Below, one piece after another: positions 8,640-16,830 of a DNA stretch of 16,830 bases. The stretch is from Promethearchaeota archaeon. Its GTDB lineage: Archaea > Asgardarchaeota > Lokiarchaeia > Sigyniarchaeales > SOKP01. The stretch spans positions 1-16,830 of the forward strand of contig JBHLNT010000084.1 in assembly GCA_048941265.1 (NCBI GenBank). Direction: 5' to 3'. The position numbers were made by a program, and so were the translations under genes. Below the pieces are notes generated by a model. That model worked only from the letters and a program-made list of their open reading frames with translations, was not told where the DNA came from and searched no databases. Every line of letters starts with the position of its first letter. The first letter of the stretch is position 1.

Positions 8640-11600
8640 CTATACACCTTTTAATTTGTCTAAATCTACACCCTCAAGGCGAAATAATGGTCCGAGTTCT
8701 GGATCTGAATTAAATTTATTATAGGCTTTTAAAACAAGTCTTTTTGTTTTAAATTCTCCATATTCCCTTAATTCAATATCTCTGAGGACATAAAAATTAT
8801 CAATAATATATTCAAAATCTGTATATGTAAAACCATACATTAATCCAAAAATTGCATCTAATTCCGCTTTCAATAATTCTCTCCTCTCCAAATCGTATTT
8901 AAAAGGTTCTTTTTCAATGGAACATTTAAAATCTATAGAAAAATTTTTCATTTCATAAGTACAATAAATAAGTTCAATAGCTCTAATATAAATCTCATTG
9001 AATAATAATTTGTTATACACTTTTGGGGGAAATACAGGTAACTGCTCAACCATAAATTGAGTTATAGCTACACCCGATGTTTTATTTCTAACAATAAAAT
9101 CAAAAGGTAAGGATGATAAATTAGCGATTAAACAGATTATTTGAAGAGAAAAGCTATTAAAATATATATTTTGTATACTATCAATACTTGGAACTTTAGG
9201 AATAACAGATATTACAAATGTTCGTTGATTGGTAGAATTTGATACTTTTCGATAACCTATATACCATTCTTTTTTCCATTCAGGTGGAAATTTCTTTTCT
9301 GCATCAATTTTCTTAACCCAATACATAGGCTTATGAGAGAAGTAAGGATCTTTCTTTTTAACATTTGGAACACGTATTATATCAGCTTTAAGCTTTTTTG
9401 ATTTCATTAATTTTGGAACTAATTCATTGAATCTATAATCATATATCCAGATCGCAGCTCCAGTATATAGGGGATAATAAATCTCTTTTTTTTCTAGGCT
9501 ATCAATAAAATATACACTCTTCATTAATTTTTTATCAAATACTCTTTTCCCATTGCTTTTTATTAGTTCTTTTTCTGTTTTAAAGAGCTTGGAATCATCA
9601 GATGGATGGAAAAATCGTTTAATAATGATTCCCCAATGATTTTTTATTTCTTTTCCATCCTTATCTCTTCCAATTAGGATAGGAGCTCTGCCATAAGCTT
9701 TTTTTATAAGTGAAAAGTATTTTTTTCTCTTAAAAACTGGAGCACTTCTGGAATTTGGATTAAAATGGTGAAAATCTTCTTTCTTTAACTCCAAAATAGT
9801 CCCACCCTCTCTAATACTTCTAACAAATTCATCTTCATTTATCTTATTTTCATAATTTTCAAGAGTAATCAAAAATTTATCGATTTCCCATATAAAAAAA
9901 GCCATTAATATTAGGTCATCTCTGGTTCTCTGATTATTTATTGTTAATAAACAGAATTCTAAGTTATGAGCAACATCTGGAAAAATTTTTCTTTCATTTA
10001 CAAAACTAAATATACTATCAATTGAATTACTTTCAATTAGGTCACTAAATAAATTATTTAAAGTTTTACCAGTTAAAATTGTGGATAATGCTATACAGCC
10101 AATTTTACCTTGAGAATTGATTAAAGATTTTGCTCTCTCAATGAATAAAGGATAGAGATTCAGAGTTCCACTTGCAGATAGACTGTAAAATCCACTTTTC
10201 TTAAAAAAATTTAGCTGTTTTTTTATTTTATAATATTCCTTGATATATTCAGAATGTAATTCAGGATTTGTTTCTTTTAATTTCTTTATTTGCAATTGTC
10301 GTTTTGCTTGATTCTGTGTGTTTGTTACCTCATGACTCTTTCCAGAAAAAAATTCCATTTCTTTAAGGGCTAAGACATCCCAGGGTGGATTCATTAAAAT
10401 ACAATCAAAACCAGGATTTTCTTTTTGAAATACTTCAGGAAATTCTAGATACCAATTGAAGAATTGATACACTTTACTTAATTTTTCAACTTCTAATATT
10501 ATTTTCTCAGAATTCTTTAAATTTCCTCGTTTAATCCTAAAAATTAAAGTATCAGTAGGTATTTCTTTTATATAATTCTCACCAAAATTCCAAAAAAATG
10601 AGCTTGTCCATAAATTAGCTTGAATATTAAGATTTTTCCATGAATTTGATTTATGCAATTCCGAATAACATTTAATCTTTTCCTTCAAATCTTTCAAATT
10701 ATCTTCTGTCATAGAAAATAGCTCTGTAGCTATTTTTGAATAATTTTCGGAATCTTTATAGGGAATTAGAGTTTTTTGAACAGAAGCTAACCCAGAATTA
10801 GCTTCGGAAATTGATAGTTTTTTAAAATGTTTTATTGCTTCATCTACAAATTTTTTATTTTCATCTGGAATTCCCGTTTTAGGATTACCTTTAACGATAT
10901 TAAATGCGTCGAAAGGAATTTTTCCAATTTTTTGCTTTTTTGCTAATCCTAAAAGAGAATTTCCTTCTTTTAGATGATTATTTAAAAGTGTTAAAGGTTT
11001 CTTACCTACAGTTGCTTTTAACCATAAAGAAACTTTAGCTAATTCTAATGCCATAGGATTTAAATCTACTCCATAAATGCAATGCTGAAGAATGACTCTT
11101 CGGGACTCTCTTAATACTTGATCATCAGGAAATTCTTGTTCAGACTGTATTTGTGCATAAATTTTTCCCAAATAGTCCAACGAAGCTAATAAAAATGATC
11201 CACCTCCACATGCAGGATCACATATCTTTAGGTCTAATATAGCATCTAATTTTTCTCCTTTAGTATTTAATCCCTTTAATTTATCTTCAATTACGGGTTT
11301 TAAAGTTGTTTTAAGTAAGATGTCAATTAATCCCTTGGGAGTATAGTAGGTACCGGTTCCTTTACGCTCGGTATCAATTTCTTCCAAAACAAAATTATAT
11401 ATATGAGATTCTTTCTTGATATATCTAGGTTGAAAATCTAAAAGTGCCTCATAAATACTTCCAATTTCTTCCTCTCCTATTTGGGTATAATCAATTGATT
11501 GTAATCCAATACCTAAGTCTACAATTGTAAGTTCTCGAATAATTTTTAATATATAACTATTATTTAGGGATAAATTATAATTCTCATTTAAAACCAAAGG

Positions 11601-13013
11601 AATTTTTTCAGGATTAAAGAGCTCACCACTAAAAGCATTAATTCCCAAAGAAGATTCTCCAATATTAAGATACTTAAATAATAATAATAAACGATACCAA
11701 AGATCAGTATTTTGGTCATCCCGAATGGCTCGCTGTGCTTTTTTACGAAGATAAGTTAGCCCTAGATCATTATAATAAATCGTAGCTACACCGGGAAGTA
11801 AATCTTTAGCCTCTGCATATAAAATAAAAATAATTCTGTAAGTGATTCGTAATAATTCCTGATAAAAATCTCTAATCTCAATTTTACCTTTTAAAATATC
11901 CTCGGTGAAAGATTTGCTTGAATTAATTAAGCCCTCCCCCATTAATTTTAAAGCCTTTTTAACATTTTCTCTTAACTTTTTGCCAGCTTCAATTCCTTCT
12001 TCTTGACTCTTTTTTTGGAGTCTCTGTATTATACTTAAATTTTCATTAATATCTGATATGATAGAATTTAATTCTTTTAAATAAAAGTCGCGACCTATTT
12101 CTCCTAAATCTAAACTATGTTCATTGATATTTTTCATAAATGTCTCAGAATCAGATGAATTTATAGCCATAACTCCATTTTTATCTGCCTTCTCAATGAA
12201 ATCAATCAGAACTTTCTTACACACACCTAAAATATCTTTAGAAATCAAATTAATCTCAATTTTAGCACCATCTTTACTTAATTTTTCTGAAGTTTTCTCC
12301 CATTTTTTCTCAAGCTTTTCAATCCATCCATCTGGGTTTAAGCCAAAAGTTTCAATAAATCTTGAATAATGAATCAACGCATAAAATACCCAGAACTCAC
12401 TTTCATCCCTATTGATAAATATTGAATCTAAATTAAATTGCACATATCCTTTCGCATAGATATTAGAGTATTCTCCAAGAAGTCTTATATATTTTCCATT
12501 ACTTAAAAGACCCCATCGTACTCCTTCATTTAAAAGGATATAACGTTGAAAATGGTCGTGTTGCGATTTTTTTTGGTAATTTTTTTCATTTCTTTCGTCA
12601 AAATTATCATCTTCACAAATATGGAGTCCAATCTTAGCATGATTTTTAAATTGATGAGAAATCTGAATTTTATTTAAAATGTTATCTTGTTCCTCTTCAG
12701 AAAGATCACTCAGATCAATTTCTTCTTTTGTTTTACTTTCATGTCCTATTTTTTGAAGAAGAGGTTTAATCCATTTTTCATATCGATCCTTAATAGGCCA
12801 AGACTCCAATTTGTCCGCTATCTCTCCAAAAAGACGCTTAGCCCAATCCCAAACTTCATAATATTGCTTTTTTTCTTCTTGCCATTTTTCTCCAAAAGTG
12901 TTCCACTGAACTTCTGAAATTTGATCTTTTTTATCACGGATTTTTAAAAGAAGATTTTCTGTAAATAATCCTCCACTTACGTGGATATTCCGTAATGGTG
13001 TCAAATTTGCCAT
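8640..13013 (-). CDS. Large N6-adenine DNA methyltransferase (Eco57I/type IIG-like, DrmMI-like)
   Basis: GSIYEALL, GTYYTP, motif I DPACGGGSFL, YGVDLNP and motif IV NPPW; a C-terminal TRD-like region; N-terminal WGLLSNG restriction-domain-like segment. Confidence 0.92.
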   Translation of the reverse strand: MANLTPLRNIHVSGGLFTENLLLKIRDKKDQISEVQWNTFGEKWQEEKKQYYEVWDWAKRLFGEIADKLESWPIKDRYEKWIKPLLQKIGHESKTKEEIDLSDLSEEEQDNILNKIQISHQFKNHAKIGLHICEDDNFDERNEKNYQKKSQHDHFQRYILLNEGVRWGLLSNGKYIRLLGEYSNIYAKGYVQFNLDSIFINRDESEFWVFYALIHYSRFIETFGLNPDGWIEKLEKKWEKTSEKLSKDGAKIEINLISKDILGVCKKVLIDFIEKADKNGVMAINSSDSETFMKNINEHSLDLGEIGRDFYLKELNSIISDINENLSIIQRLQKKSQEEGIEAGKKLRENVKKALKLMGEGLINSSKSFTEDILKGKIEIRDFYQELLRITYRIIFILYAEAKDLLPGVATIYYNDLGLTYLRKKAQRAIRDDQNTDLWYRLLLLFKYLNIGESSLGINAFSGELFNPEKIPLVLNENYNLSLNNSYILKIIRELTIVDLGIGLQSIDYTQIGEEEIGSIYEALLDFQPRYIKKESHIYNFVLEEIDTERKGTGTYYTPKGLIDILLKTTLKPVIEDKLKGLNTKGEKLDAILDLKICDPACGGGSFLLASLDYLGKIYAQIQSEQEFPDDQVLRESRRVILQHCIYGVDLNPMALELAKVSLWLKATVGKKPLTLLNNHLKEGNSLLGLAKKQKIGKIPFDAFNIVKGNPKTGIPDENKKFVDEAIKHFKKLSISEANSGLASVQKTLIPYKDSENYSKIATELFSMTEDNLKDLKEKIKCYSELHKSNSWKNLNIQANLWTSSFFWNFGENYIKEIPTDTLIFRIKRGNLKNSEKIILEVEKLSKVYQFFNWYLEFPEVFQKENPGFDCILMNPPWDVLALKEMEFFSGKSHEVTNTQNQAKRQLQIKKLKETNPELHSEYIKEYYKIKKQLNFFKKSGFYSLSASGTLNLYPLFIERAKSLINSQGKIGCIALSTILTGKTLNNLFSDLIESNSIDSIFSFVNERKIFPDVAHNLEFCLLTINNQRTRDDLILMAFFIWEIDKFLITLENYENKINEDEFVRSIREGGTILELKKEDFHHFNPNSRSAPVFKRKKYFSLIKKAYGRAPILIGRDKDGKEIKNHWGIIIKRFFHPSDDSKLFKTEKELIKSNGKRVFDKKLMKSVYFIDSLEKKEIYYPLYTGAAIWIYDYRFNELVPKLMKSKKLKADIIRVPNVKKKDPYFSHKPMYWVKKIDAEKKFPPEWKKEWYIGYRKVSNSTNQRTFVISVIPKVPSIDSIQNIYFNSFSLQIICLIANLSSLPFDFIVRNKTSGVAITQFMVEQLPVFPPKVYNKLLFNEIYIRAIELIYCTYEMKNFSIDFKCSIEKEPFKYDLERRELLKAELDAIFGLMYGFTYTDFEYIIDNFYVLRDIELREYGEFKTKRLVLKAYNKFNSDPELGPLFRLEGVDLDKLKGV

Positions 13014-13017
13014 ATTA

Positions 13018-16000
13018 TCATCTCGGTGGATAAAATGTTGTTATACTTATGGGATCATAAGAAATTATTTCAATATCATCCATTCCTCTTAATTCTTCGA
13101 TTGCAGCTAAATTTTTCTTCTCTAATTTTTTCATTAAACCTTTAGCATTGTTTTTAACTATTACTAATCGATCATTTACAGCTTTTTCAATTATCTTTTC
13201 AAAATCTGGGCGAGTAAATAAGTCATTCATATCATTCTGGACGGTTTTATCAAGACCAGGATAATTTGAGGTTTGCCCGCTAATAAATTTATTCCAAAGG
13301 GTTTTAGTAGTTTTCTGCTCGACTAAAGGATTACCTCCATTATCTATTGACTCATCAAAAATTTTGATTCCAATTGGATGAAGTTCTTCCATCATTGAAG
13401 TTTCTCTTGTTTTTACTAAATAGCGTATTTTATAATAGATAATTGCAGACACTTCATTGATTAGACTGGTAGAAGCAGCAGCAGTTCTCCCATAAAAATC
13501 CTTATCCTCGGAAATAAATCCTTGTTCCTTTACTAAATTAATGACACCATAAATAACAGGTGATTTTAGACTCAATGTTTCTATCTCGGTATTTTTAGCT
13601 CCAAAAATTGGATCAATAGTAATGTAGTATTCCTCTTTGCTTTTTTCACTGGTAATTATTAATTCTTGGATCTCTTTGGATAAAATAATTTTATATACTT
13701 TATCAGGAGGGTATCCTTTTGCATTAACAACCTCAATTGATGAATTAAAGAATGGTAGAGCTTTCTGGAGAAAACCAAGGAGAATCATAATATCTCCTAT
13801 GGATTCTTGCATCTCTTTCATTCTTTCTTGGACATCGCTAAAATCAACTGTTGTTTGACCATAAAATGAATCTTCACTGAGAATATGTTCAAAATTTGGA
13901 TTTATATGAGCCTTTAGCAATTTTTTCATTTCACTCTCAGAATCTTGACCTATAAAATAATCAAGGCTTATATATTCCACTTCAGGTTCTCTTTTACCAA
14001 ATCTAATAGTGTTTGTCTTCTTAAAATAATCATCAACAACATCACCGATTAAATCTAAATTACCAAAATATTTAGGTTCATAACCCACGTCTGCTCCAAT
14101 ACTCTGAATTTTTTTGTATAATAAATCAAGGATTGCAATTTCAAGGGATTCTTTCATGATTAAAGTGCGTATGTATACATCTTTTTTAGGTTGACCAAAT
14201 CTGTCCACTCTACCGTTTCTTTGCTCAAGACGATTTGGATTCCAAGTAAGCTCATAATTTACCACAATATTGGAAGAGTACTGAAGGTCAATTCCTTCAC
14301 TCATGCAATCTGTAGAGACCATAATTCCTTTATTTAAAGCGAGAAATTTATCGTATTTTTCAGCTCTAATATGAATTGCATCTGTACCTACAATTTCCAC
14401 AATTTCAAATCCTTTCAGTAAAGATTTTTCATTTGCTAATTTTTTCAACTCATCAGCTAAATAATCTGCAGTGTCTATGTATCTTGTAAATATAATTATT
14501 TTATTTCCTACTTCAATTAAGTCTTGAAGTACATTATTATAAAAGTGATTAAGTTTCACATCATTAGAATAACCAATTAAATTTTTAGCAGAATTTTCAA
14601 TTTCAAGCAATTTATTAACAATTTTAGGAGATAACTTTTTACGTCCAGGTTCAGTATCATTGTTTCTATCTATCTCATGCTCTTCATAAGAGTCATCATT
14701 ACTAATATCAGTGACATTTTGACGAGTTCTTTCTAATTGTTCTTGAATTTCTTCTTCAGGTAATTTATTAACATCTTGTATTTCCGTTTCACTTGACGTA
14801 TCATCCTTTAATTTATTTTGAATAGTTTTAATTAATGAATATGGGCAACTTATATATCTCCGATACATATGAAGAATTGCCCAGTATTTAATATAACGGA
14901 CTCCTTTTTTATCAACTTTAGCAGTCTCAAAAATCATTGCAGCGTACTCGTCAATCTTTGATATAATCTCCTTAAACTCTGGAATGGGGGGAATAAAGAC
15001 TTCTTTTCGATGCACATTTGGGAATAATATTTTCATTTCACTCTCACCCATCCAGGCTTTAACATCTTCCTTCTTTCTCTGACATATAAAACGAGTTGCT
15101 AAAGCTTTATCAATCTTATAGGAATTTCTTTCATCTACTAAACTAGGATTAAGTAAATGTATTAAACTTGCAAAACTCTCATGATACCCATTGTGAGGTG
15201 TTGCGGTTAATAAAAGGATATGGGGATATTTATCAGCAACCCTTTCAGCCATTCCATAAAGTCGTTTGCTTTTTTTTTGTCCTTTTGGTTGCATCATATA
15301 GCGTGGTTTTGCTACATTATGAGCTTCATCAATAACTACCATATCAAAATTAAACTGTGTAGCACGCTCAAGCATTTCTTGTCTGCTTAAATAATCCTGA
15401 GAAACAATTAGGAAATTGAAATATCCCCAAGGATCACCACCAACAAGTAATTCTTTTTGCAAATTTCCAAGAGATCTATTAGAAATTATCCGTACGTCTA
15501 ATCCAAAGAATCTTTGCATTATTAATTGCCATTGCTCACGCAAACTTGCTGGAACGACGTATAGAACACGGTTTATCTTCCTCCGTCCTAGTAATTCTTG
15601 AATAATTAACCCTGCTTCGATTGTTTTACCTAATCCAACATCATCGGCTATGAGCAACCTAACTTTTTCTTGAGCCATTGCCATTAAAACAGGTACCATT
15701 TGATATGACACAGGAATTACACGACTATTTGCTAAACTAATAAAGCTTGAAGTCCCGAATATTAAATCAAATCGCATAGCTTGAATTAGAATTTTCTGAA
15801 AATCAGGATTTCCAAGTTTATTAACATCTGGTCGTGGAATTTTGGCGAGTTTAATTTCTTCCAGTTTTTTTATTTCCTTCTTGCCATCAGTCATTTTTAT
15901 ACTACTATGGAGTAGACAACATCTATTAGGAACTCCATCTATTGTTGAGACTTCTAAAAGGTTAATTTCCGAATATTTATCAAATTCAGATTTTTGATTT

Positions 16001-16104
16001 ATTATTCGTTCAATTCTCCAAAATCTATTACGTGCTTTAACAACTTGTCCAATCTTGAACTCTGGTATAGGTTTTTTAGTATTTATAAAAGAATCTAACG
16101 TCAT
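13018..16104 (-). CDS. SNF2-family helicase (DrmD-like)
   Basis: LLIADDVGLGKTIEAG, DEAH, LLTATPHNG, STDCMSEGIDLQ, WNPNRLEQRNGRVDRFGQ; N-terminal GQVVKARNRFW Tudor/SH3-like segment as in RapA/DrmD-type proteins. Confidence 0.92.
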   Translation of the reverse strand: MTLDSFINTKKPIPEFKIGQVVKARNRFWRIERIINQKSEFDKYSEINLLEVSTIDGVPNRCCLLHSSIKMTDGKKEIKKLEEIKLAKIPRPDVNKLGNPDFQKILIQAMRFDLIFGTSSFISLANSRVIPVSYQMVPVLMAMAQEKVRLLIADDVGLGKTIEAGLIIQELLGRRKINRVLYVVPASLREQWQLIMQRFFGLDVRIISNRSLGNLQKELLVGGDPWGYFNFLIVSQDYLSRQEMLERATQFNFDMVVIDEAHNVAKPRYMMQPKGQKKSKRLYGMAERVADKYPHILLLTATPHNGYHESFASLIHLLNPSLVDERNSYKIDKALATRFICQRKKEDVKAWMGESEMKILFPNVHRKEVFIPPIPEFKEIISKIDEYAAMIFETAKVDKKGVRYIKYWAILHMYRRYISCPYSLIKTIQNKLKDDTSSETEIQDVNKLPEEEIQEQLERTRQNVTDISNDDSYEEHEIDRNNDTEPGRKKLSPKIVNKLLEIENSAKNLIGYSNDVKLNHFYNNVLQDLIEVGNKIIIFTRYIDTADYLADELKKLANEKSLLKGFEIVEIVGTDAIHIRAEKYDKFLALNKGIMVSTDCMSEGIDLQYSSNIVVNYELTWNPNRLEQRNGRVDRFGQPKKDVYIRTLIMKESLEIAILDLLYKKIQSIGADVGYEPKYFGNLDLIGDVVDDYFKKTNTIRFGKREPEVEYISLDYFIGQDSESEMKKLLKAHINPNFEHILSEDSFYGQTTVDFSDVQERMKEMQESIGDIMILLGFLQKALPFFNSSIEVVNAKGYPPDKVYKIILSKEIQELIITSEKSKEEYYITIDPIFGAKNTEIETLSLKSPVIYGVINLVKEQGFISEDKDFYGRTAAASTSLINEVSAIIYYKIRYLVKTRETSMMEELHPIGIKIFDESIDNGGNPLVEQKTTKTLWNKFISGQTSNYPGLDKTVQNDMNDLFTRPDFEKIIEKAVNDRLVIVKNNAKGLMKKLEKKNLAAIEELRGMDDIEIISYDPISITTFYPPR

Positions 16105-16552
16105 GGTTATTTGTCTAATGGTGAAGGTTGATTAAAATTATTATTTATTAAACATTTAACAGAACAAATTTTTCTATAAGATCTTTTTATTTATTGCTTT
16201 TATTATAAATCATTCATTTCAATTTCAATTTAGAGTGTGCTATAGGATTCTCAAATCTTACTATGAAAAAATTAATATTATTTTATTTATATTTTTTTGT
16301 CAAAATAATGATTATTAGCAATCTTAAATTTGATTACTTTTTAAGCTGAGAGGTATGATTTTTCCCCATAGAAAACTAAAAAATCGTGAAATAACCGTCA
16401 AATTTTGTTAAATTCAAATCTATATTAATTAGATAATTATGAAAGAATAAATAGATTATATTTAACATATGAGATTATATTAATGTAAAATTTAGTAAAT
16501 TTTCTTTTATAAAAAAAAATTAAATGAAAATAGAAAATATTTACTCTCGAGG
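16105..16552. promoter_or_regulatory. AT-rich divergent intergenic/promoter region
   Basis: Separates head-to-head genes. Contains TATA-like TTTTATAA (16505..16512), direct repeat AGATTATATT (16453, 16472) and inverted repeat AAAATTTA-G-TAAATTTT (16487..16503). Individual elements unproven. Confidence 0.45.
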
Positions 16553-16830
16553 GTGGAAAAAATAGACGATGAGTTTTTAATTCAACGGTTGAAAGGTCAT
16601 GATAGTCTTATAAAAACTCTTTCTTTTAGCCCTAATGCTAAATATTTAGTAAGTGGGGCGTTTGATGGAAATATAGTTATTTGGGAGATTTCAAATGGAA
16701 ATCAGATCCATAAATTTAAAGCACATGATAGTGCTGTAAATGCGATTGTGTTCACCCCAGATGGAAAATATATTGTTTCTGGGTCTTCGGATCATACAGT
16801 TAAAATATGGACGTTTCCATCAGGTAAACA
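16553..16830 (+). CDS. WD40-repeat protein, partial (runs off right edge); not in ORF track
   Basis: From GTG 16553: two clear WD40 repeats, LKGHDSLIKTLSFSPNAKYLVSGAFDGNIVIWE and FKAHDSAVNAIVFTPDGKYIVSGSSDHTVKIWT. Confidence 0.9.
   Translation, partial: MEKIDDEFLIQRLKGHDSLIKTLSFSPNAKYLVSGAFDGNIVIWEISNGNQIHKFKAHDSAVNAIVFTPDGKYIVSGSSDHTVKIWTFPSGK

Noticed and set aside
3231-13020. Tandem stop codons (TGA TGA at 3231..3236; TGA TAA at 13015..13020)
   Set aside because: Common in AT-rich genomes; no evidence of programmed readthrough.
12124-15601. Antisense ORFs 12124..12369, 12687..12917, 13637..13858 and 15416..15601
   Set aside because: Antisense shadows of the MTase and SNF2 genes; F/S/L/I-rich composition mirrors the sense-strand codons.
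3234-16104. Assignment as canonical DISARM, Druantia, BREX or type I/III RM
   Set aside because: No separate drmB or PLD drmC, no recognisable Druantia partner genes, no PglZ or BrxC, and no HsdS; gene symbols therefore withheld.
1-16830. CRISPR array, tRNA/rRNA, transposase or integrase
   Set aside because: None seen by eye; nearly all of the window is accounted for by coding sequence.

Overview
AT-rich window holding one minus-strand defence-island gene cluster. In transcription order it encodes a SNF2 helicase (DrmD-like), a 1457-aa N6-adenine methyltransferase (DrmMI/Eco57I-like), an 1800-aa YprA/DruE-like DEAD-box helicase fused to DUF1998 and a C-terminal Vsr/DUF559-like nuclease, a NucS-like endonuclease with a DUF5655-like domain, a SIR2-family putative NADase, and two uncharacterised genes (the last runs off the window). 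The three large genes resemble DISARM class I but lack separate drmB/drmC and carry a Druantia-type helicase; from memory this matches the recently proposed ARMADA-type architecture. The possible novelty is the co-oriented downstream nuclease, SIR2 and unknown genes. A divergent partial WD40-repeat gene missed by the ORF track lies at the right edge. It and GGTG(A)-type ribosome-binding sites weakly suggest an archaeal, possibly Asgard, host. All family calls come from motifs read by eye; no searches were run.
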